Made by a program: the position numbers and the translations under genes. From Octopus sinensis (taxonomy: Eukaryota): a DNA stretch of 64,000 nucleotides. Positions 63,884 through 64,000 of this stretch are shown piece by piece. Under the pieces are notes generated by a model. It saw only the letters and a program-made list of their open reading frames with translations. It was not told the DNA's origin and made no database searches. Where the stretch lies: positions 22,444,001 to 22,508,000 of the forward strand of contig NC_043000.1 in the NCBI RefSeq assembly GCF_006345805.1, given 5' to 3'. Each line of letters begins with the position of its first letter. The stretch's first letter is position 1.

Positions 63884-64000
63884 TTGAGTTGGTGCATAAT
63901 AATTGTGGCTTTTTTCAACAAATTTTATTCAACAAAAACAACAATATTTGACAAAAACATTTTTAAATGATGGTCTGACCATCTGCCAAGCAAATCGGAA
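63884..64000. mobile_element. mariner-type TIR end, running off the window
   Basis: TA-TTGAGTTGGTGCATAATAATTGTGGC; same family as 54545-54612. Confidence 0.7.

Overview
AT-rich, repeat-saturated animal genomic DNA. The SINE, RTE, Penelope and microsatellite content points to an octopus; this is recognition of repeat families, not a database result. Only one protein gene is recognisable: a complete, intronless NDUFA2 (complex I subunit B8) at 4924-5208 (-) with a canonical TATA box. The rest is mostly tRNA-headed SINEs, 5'-truncated LINE relics (RTE, BovB-like RTE, CR1, a Hero-type RLE element, Penelope-like elements), mariner relics, MITEs (hAT, piggyBac, Merlin-like), non-autonomous Helitrons and Helentron HINEs, a probable solo LTR and a ~6.6-kb (AT)n/GATATA satellite. 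I found no new multi-gene system. The best leads are small RNA-level objects. (1) A full-length 5S rRNA copy lacking its terminator is fused through a short poly(A) to a tRNA-SINE, and the whole unit is bounded by one target-site duplication (15826-16209). (2) Several hammerhead-ribozyme motifs sit in different Penelope-like relics; the one at 39001-39047 is nearly canonical with a GUC cleavage triplet. Phase-compatible micro-exon candidates suggest an unrecognised spliced gene, at low confidence. Repeat boundaries are by eye (about +/-10-20 bp) unless a TSD or TIR is quoted. Family labels A, A', B and D are my own working names.
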